Source: Eledone cirrhosa (lineage: Eukaryota). From it: 64,000 nt of DNA. Below, one piece after another: positions 57,090 to 64,000 of the stretch (positions within the stretch are counted from its first letter, which is position 1; each line of letters begins with the position of its first letter). The stretch is from assembly GCA_964016885.1 (NCBI GenBank), contig OZ024760.1, forward strand, positions 23,994,001 to 24,058,000. The letters run 5' to 3'. The position numbers and the translations under genes are program-made. Below the pieces are notes generated by a model, which was given only the letters and a program-made list of their open reading frames with translations, was not told where the DNA came from and searched no databases.

Positions 57090-59560
57090 ATAATTGTTTC
57101 TACTTTTGGCACAAGGCCAGCAATTATCCCATTACATTACTGGTACTTTATTTTCTCAACCCTGTAAGCATGAAAGGCAAAGCTGACCTCAGCAAGATTT
57201 AAACTCAGAACGTAAAGAGCTGTAATTACATGCCGCAAGGGATGTTGACCAACGCTCTACCGATAATAATAATGTTTTACTTCTAATTCAAGTCCAGCAA
57301 TTATCTCAGTGTATTACTGGTACTTTATTTAATCGACCCCCATAAGGATGAACTCAAATCATAAAGGGCCGTAACTCCATGCTGCAAAGCATAGCGTCCG
57401 ACCTTCTACCGATACTGCCAATGATCCACCATAATAATTGTTTCTACTTTTGGCACAAGGTCAGCAATTACACCAGTGTATTACTGGTACTTTATTCTAT
57501 CGACCCCCGTAAAGATGAAAGGCAAAGTTATCCTCGGCGGGATTTGAACTTAGACCGTAAAGGGCCGTAACTCCATGCTGCAAAGCATAGCGTCCAGCCC
57601 GTTACCGATACTGCCAATCCAAATAATTATTTCTACTTTTGGTGGCACAAGGCCAGCAATTACTCCAGTACATTACTGGTATATAATGTATCGACCCGGT
57701 AAGGATGAAAGGCAAAGTTAACCTCGGCGGGATTTGAACTCAGATCATAAAGGGCCGTAACTCTATGCGTCAAAGCATGGCATCCGACCCCCTCTACCGA
57801 TACTGTCAATTCACCCAAATAATTGTTTCTACTTTTAGGCACAAGGCCAGCAATTACTCCAGTACATTACTGGTACTTTATTTTATCGACCCGGTAAGGA
57901 TGAAAGGCAAAGTTAACCTCGGCAGGATTTGAACTCAGAATGGCAAGGGCCGTAACCCTGTGCGTCAAATGTCAGATAGAATGCTTTAAATTATCCGTTG
58001 CAACATATACTTTAATTTACAAGGGAGATAATTCACATAACATATTGTCTACCTTGAAAAATATTGACTGTCTTGTTATATATATATACAAGATGAGATA
58101 ACTCTTTCCTGACTTATTTTTTAATTCGATATTCTCCGCCGCTTGCCGCGTTTTTTCTTCTTCCTTTCTCTCTTTTTTCTAAATCTATATTTCCCTATTC
58201 TTTCTTTCCTTTTGTTTCACCCTTTTTTTTTTTATTATTTCTATATCGAAAATAAACAATTCGAGCTTTAAAAAGAATTAATTAAATATTTGAATAAGAT
58301 AATAGTGATTTCTGATTTTTGGCACAATTTGGGGAGCGGCAAAAGGCGATGAGATCGACACCAGTGTATTACTGGTACTTCATTTTCTCAACCCTGTAAG
58401 GATGAAATGCAAAGCTAACCTCAGCAAGGTTTGAAGTCAGTACGTAAAGAGCTGTAAATACATGCCACAAGGTATGTTGTCCTCCAACGCGCTACCGATA
58501 ATAATAATTGTTTCTACTTTAGGCACAAGGCCAGCAATTACCCAGTGCATTACTGGTACTTTATTTTATCGACTCCGTAAGGATGAAAGGCAAAGTTAAC
58601 CTCGGCGGGATTTGAACTCAGATCGTAAAGGGACGTAACTATGCTGGAAAGCATGGCGTCCGACCCTCTACCGATACTGCCAATCCACCGCCCTAACATG
58701 GCGTCCGACCCTCTACCGATACTGTCAATCCACCGCCCTAACATGGCGTCCGACCCTCTACCGATACTGCCAATCCACCGCCCTAACATGGCGTCCGACC
58801 CTCTACCGATACTGTCAATCCACCGCCCTAACATGGCGTCCGACCCTCTACCGATACTGCCAATCCACCGCCCTAACATGGCGTCCGACTCTCTACCGAT
58901 ACCGCCCATCCACCGCCCTCTATTATCTACCGATAATAATAATATATCTACTTTTAGTTCAAGGTCAGCAATTATACCAGTGTATTACTGGTACTTCATT
59001 TTATCTACCCCATAAGGAAGAACTCAGATCATAAAGGGCCGTAACTCCATGCTACAATGCATAGCGTCCGACCCTCTACCGATACTGCCAATCCACCATA
59101 ATAATTGTTTCTACTTTTGGCACAAGGTCAGCAATTAATCCAGTACATTACTGGTACTTTATTTTATCGACTCCGTAAAGATGAAAGGCAAAGTTAACCT
59201 CGGCGGGATTTGAACTCAGACCGTAAAGGGCCGTAACTCTATGCCGTAAAGCATAGTGTCCGACTCTCTACTGACACTGCTAATCCACATTGCGATTCTT
59301 CTTCTTCTTTCCGTATCTTCGAAGCATGTGGTTATATGACAGTTTCCCATTTCTTTACACAGTCCTTTGCATTATTAGTGAATTGGCAGTATCGGTAGAG
59401 GGTTGGACGCCATGCTTTCTAGCATAGTTACGTCTCTTTACAGTCTGAGTTCAAATCCCGCCGAGGTTAACTTTGCCTTTCATCCTTACGGGGTCGATAA
59501 AATAAAGTACCAGTAATGCACTGGGTAATTGCTGGCCTTGTGCCTAAAGTAGAAACAATT
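57090..59560 (-). mobile_element. Dense cluster of ~11 SINE copies, mostly minus strand, head-to-tail; plus-strand copy at ~59383-59557
   Basis: Repeated AATTGTTTCTACTTTTGGCACAAGGCCAGCAAT...GATTTGAACTCAGA...CCGATACTGCCAATCCAC units. Confidence 0.9.
58652..58919. repeat. 45-bp x6 tandem amplification of the SINE 5' head
   Basis: CATGGCGTCCGACCCTCTACCGATACTG.CAATCCACCGCCCTAA units. Confidence 0.92.
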
Positions 59561-59562
59561 AT

Positions 59563-60857
59563 TATTAAATTCTGCGAGATCTTTTAAGCTGCACTGGTTG
59601 GGTAGTAGAGGGCAAACAAGGCAGTGCTGCATCGTATGGTCCTCCTCTCCGCATTCGCAGATGGTTGAGGCCCGGTCTTGTAGCCCCATCTGGCCATAGT
59701 AGCTTTTGATCACCCCATTCCTGTTCTCAGGCGGTTGAGTGTCTTCCACTGGACCCATGGTGCTTCTGAGCCAGGAGGGAGGACTTCAGAAGGAGTGATT
59801 CCCATGTCAATAGGAGGGGAGTCATTCTCTAGCTTTCTAATCCATAGCTGTAGTCTGGTTTCTTCCTGAGATGTTGTTAGGGGCTGAGGAAGCTTCTCCT
59901 TGACTTCAGTCATTAGGTCGGAGGTTCACGTCCATGAAGGAGGTGGTGTTCATCACTGATAGCCTTTGTGATCTCTACTCGGCTGGCCGCTTCCCGTCTC
60001 ACATCTGCAGGGGCAATGCCACCGAGGAGATGGCGGTTGTTCGGGTTGGTAGGCTTCAGGCAACCAGTGATCAAACGGCAGGTGTTGTTCAGCGCTGGGT
60101 CTAGTTTACTGACATGGGTTGATCTCTCCCAAACAGGACACGCGTACTCCGCAGAGGAATAGCACAAGGCCAAGGCCAAGGCAGTACATCTTAGTGTGTG
60201 TGTGTGTGCTGTTGCTCCCCATTTGGAGTTGGCCAGTTTCCGTAGGATGTTGTTCCGGGAGCTGACTTTCAATTTGGTGTTTTTGATGTGTTCCTTGAAT
60301 GAGAGGGTGCGGTCCAGGGCTACGCCAAGGTAGACATGATTGGTGCAGTTCTCAAGTGGTGTTCCTGACCATGTGATGTTAAGAGGTCGGTTGGCTTCCT
60401 GGTTCCTGAGATGGAACGTGCAGGCTTGAGTCTTTGCATGCAGGTGGTTGCTCTCGTAGTAGAGGAGTAGCTCATCCAGGGCTGAGTTGAGGTTTGCTTC
60501 TACTGCTTCGAACGTACTCTCTTGGGATGTAACACAGAGGTCGTCAGCGTAGATGAACCGCTCAGTGTTCTGGTCCATTGGCTGGTCATTGGTGTAGATG
60601 TTATATAGTAGTGGAGCCATCACACTACCTTGAGGTAAGCCGCTCCTTTGCCGTCGCAAACGATTTTGCTTCTTGTTCAGGGTAACATAGAAGCGCCTGT
60701 CTTTAAAGAGGGCTCTCATGAGGTCTGTGAGTGCCAGGTCTTTTGTCAGCTCCAAGATCTTTTTCAGGTGGAGGCGATGGTTCACAGTGTCGTATGCGGC
60801 TGACAGATCAACAAAGACTGCTCCTGTTACCACTCCTTTCTGAAATCCATCTTTAAT
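59563..60857 (-). mobile_element. Vingi/Ingi-like LINE, 5'-truncated RT + C-terminus with frameshifts
   Basis: FVDLSAAYDTVNH, GLPQGSVMAPLLYNIYTND, FIYADD, WGA..ALALCYSSAEYACPVW, WKTLNRLRTG, C-terminal CECG..TMQHCLVC. Confidence 0.85.
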
Positions 60858-60859
60858 GT

Positions 60860-62520
60860 ATAATAATAGTTTCTACTTTTTGGCACAAGGCCAGCAATCA
60901 CCCATTGTATTACTGGTACTTTATCTTATCGACCCCGTAAGGATGAAAGACAAAGTTAACCTCGGCGGGATTCAAACTCAGAATGGCAAGGGCCGTAACT
61001 CTATGCGTCAAAGCATAGCGTCCGACTAATAATAATTGTTTCTACTATAGGCACAGGCCAGCAATTTGAAGGGGAGGGTAAAGTCGATTAAATCGACCCA
61101 AGAGTATTACTGGTACTCTATTTTACCAACCCCGTAAGGATGAAAGGCAAAGTTAACATCAGTTGGATTTGAACTTGATAATAACGGCATCATCATCTTT
61201 TAACGTCCATCTTCCACACTAGCATGGGTTAGGCGACAGGTTTGTCCCAATTTAGAGGCAAGTTGGGCCGGGTGACCATGTCTTGCTCATATAGGAGAGT
61301 TTCTGGATGGTTTTCTACAGCTGGCTACCCTTCATAACGCCAACCATATTTACAGTGTGGACTGGGTGCTTTTTACCATGTCACCTACACAACCACTTTA
61401 CAGAATGGGCTGGATATTTTGTGGTACCAACATAACATACACACATATATATTAGTATCGGTGCTCTGAAATAGCGATGTATGTATGAATGTATGTATAG
61501 TATATTTGATAATATCTGTATATATAAAAATATACTATACATACATTCATATATTTTTTTTGTGTATACACATATATACATCATATTTTTTTTGTGTGTA
61601 TACATATATACATCACCTCCATCTTACGTTCATTTTCCACGCTAGCATGGGTTAGACGGGTTGTCCTGTTGTGGGCAATGCTAGGTCAGGTGACCATGTC
61701 TTGCTCATGCAGGACTGATTCTGGCTTGGTTTCTACGGCTGGGTGCCCTTCCTAACACCAACCTCATTTACAGTGACATAATAATAGTAATAATAATTGT
61801 TTCTACTTTTGGTACAAGGCCAGCAAATTACCCAGTGTATTACTGGTACTTTATTTTATCGACCGACCCCGTAAGGATGAAAGGCAAACTCAACCTCGGC
61901 GGGATTTGAACTCAGAATGGCAAGCGCCGTCCTCTTTGCTTCAAAGCATGGCATCCGACCCTCTACCGACACTGCCAATCCACAGTAATGATAAGTGTTC
62001 GATGGAGGAGCAGGCTCTACATCCCTATCTAACCGGTGTATCTCACTAAGAAGCAGCGAATTGGCAGAGTCATTAGAGGCACATGGCTTAGTGGTTAGAG
62101 CATTGGCCTTGCAATCGAAAGGTTGTGAGTTCAATTCTCAGACCGGGTGATGTGTTGTTTCCTTGAGCAAGACACTTTATTTCACATTGCTCCAGTTTAC
62201 TCAGCTGTAGAAATGAGATGATAGGGACTGGGGTCCATATCATTCCACTGTAAAGTGGTCGTGGAGGTGCCACGGCAAAAAAGCACCCACCACTCACTGT
62301 AAATGAGGTTGGTGTTAGGAAGGGCATCCAGCTGTAGAAATCAAGCCAGCATCAATTCCCGTCCCACTCTTGCAAGCAGGGAAAAGCGGACGTAAAATGA
62401 AATGATGATGATGATGATTAGAATGTTGGATATAATGCTTTGTGGTATGGTATTTATTCTGGCTGTCTGCTCTTTCAGTGCAAATCCTGCCAAGGTTGAC
62501 TTTGCCTTTCATCCATTCGA
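60860..62520. mobile_element. Further SINE copies of two families (60866-61027, 61035-61178, 61190-61420, 61620-61780, 61796-61984 minus; 62078-62420 plus)
   Basis: Similarity to the SINEs above; the second family has a tRNA head, a CORE-like CCTTGAGCAAGACACTT and a (GAT)n tail. Confidence 0.75.
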
Positions 62521-63665
62521 GGTTGACAAAAAAAGTACCAGTATAGTACTGGGTTGGTTCTTTCTCTATACCTCTTTCTCACTCTCTATCCATCTCTGGA
62601 AGAAATCTACTGTTTTCAGACCTGGAGAAGAGAGAAGGGCTCCAGCAGGTTGATAAAAAAAAGTACCAGTATAGTACTGGGTTGGTTCTTTCTCATTTCC
62701 TTTCTCTCACTCTCTATCCATCTCTGATAGAAATCTGTTGTTTTCAGACCTGGAGAAGAGAGAAGGGCTCCAGCAGGTTGATAAAAAAAGTACCAGTATA
62801 GTACTGGGTTGGTTCTTTCTCTATACCTCTCTCACTCTCTATACATCTCTGGAAGAAATCTGTTGTTTTCAGACCTGGAGAAGAGAGAAGGGCTCCAGCA
62901 GGTTGATAAAAAAAAGTACCAGTATAGTACTGGGTTGGTTCTTTCTCTATACCTCTCTCACTCTCTATCCATCTCTGGAAGAAATCTGTTGTTTTCAGAC
63001 CTGGAGAAGAGAGAAGGGCTCCAGCAGGTTGATAAAAAAAAGTACCAGTATAGTACTGGGTTGGTTCTTTCTCTATACCTCTCTCACTCTCTATACATCT
63101 CTGGAAGAAATCTGTTGTTTTCAGACCTGGAGAAGAGAGAAGGGCTCCAGCAGGTTGATAAAAAAAAGTACCAGTATAGTACTGGGTTGGTTCTTTCTCA
63201 TTTCCTTTCTCTCACTCTCTATCCTTCTCTGGAAGAAATTTACTGTTTTCAGACCTGGAGAAGAGAGAAGGGCTCCAGCAGGTTGATAAAAAAAGTACCA
63301 GTATAGTACTGGGTTGTTTCTTTCTCTATACCTTTCTCATTCTCTATCCATCTCTGGAAGAAATCTGTTGTTTTCAGACCTGGAGAAGAGAGAAGGGCTC
63401 CAGCAGGTTGATAAAAAAAAGTACCAGTATAGTACTGGGTTGGTTCTTTCTCATTTCCTTTCTCTCACTCTCTATCCTTCTCTGGAAGAAATCTACTGTT
63501 TTCAGACCTGGAGAAGAGAGAAGGGCTCCAGCAAGTTGATAAAAAAAAGTACCAGTATAGTACTGGGTTGGTTCTTTCTCTATACCTTTCTCATTCTCTA
63601 TCCATCTCTGGAAGAAATCTACTGTTTTCAGACCTGGAGAAGAGAGATAAGGGCTCCAGCAGGTT
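62521..63665. repeat. ~126-bp tandem repeat, 9 copies, partly SINE-derived
   Basis: ACCTGGAGAAGAGAG at ~62620, 62748, 62874, 62999, 63125, 63254, 63378, 63506 and 63632; each unit starts with SINE-like GTTGATAAAAAAAGTACCAG. Confidence 0.93.
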
Positions 63666-64000
63666 TAAAAGCTGCCAAAGAAATGCCATATGTCACAATA
63701 CGATGTCCCTTCGAATCCCTCAGGAGTTACGGGTCCTCCATAAATACACCTCACAGGGAAGTTTGTCAGGTTAATGACATATCTGAAGTGCATATCTGTC
63801 TCTTGGTGTGGCAGGCTTTCTACGACTAGATTATCATCATCATGAACATCATCTAACAGTCGTTGTTGTTTTGTCCTTCCTTTTCTAAGTCAGCATAGAT
63901 CGGAGATGTCATCAGAGTCCAAGACAGTTCTCTACCTGAACCACTGGCCCCACATAACAGGCCAGAGGTGGTGTAGGGGCTACCTCCCCATCATATCTCT

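Overview
AT-rich, microsatellite-saturated animal genomic DNA. The SINE families and a mollusc-type C-terminal transmembrane motif suggest an octopus/cephalopod (inference). Almost all ORF-track entries are translation artefacts of (TA)n, (TG)n, (CAC)n and (GACA)n repeats. Credible host coding sequences are (i) an apparently single-exon ~1367-aa membrane mucin with a PLAT/LH2 domain (18352-22455) and (ii) two intronless, N-terminally truncated CIR1-like zinc-knuckle ORFs (39793-40284 minus, 48550-49068 plus) in the arms of a ~23-kb inverted duplication. Mobile DNA comprises three Penelope-like (GIY-YIG) fragments, RTE, Vingi/Ingi-like and CRE LINE fragments, a non-autonomous Helitron, Tc1/mariner MITEs and many tRNA-derived SINEs, several with target-site duplications (TSDs). 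The most striking signal is roughly 15-20 minimal type-I hammerhead ribozyme motifs, intact or degenerate. They show compensatory stem changes and palindromic stem III, and sit in short non-coding Penelope-pLTR/retrozyme-like elements inserted in (TA)n tracts, often as head-to-head palindromes. A recurrent hammerhead-like fold with a non-canonical core is also present. All calls were made by eye; coordinates may be off by a few bases.
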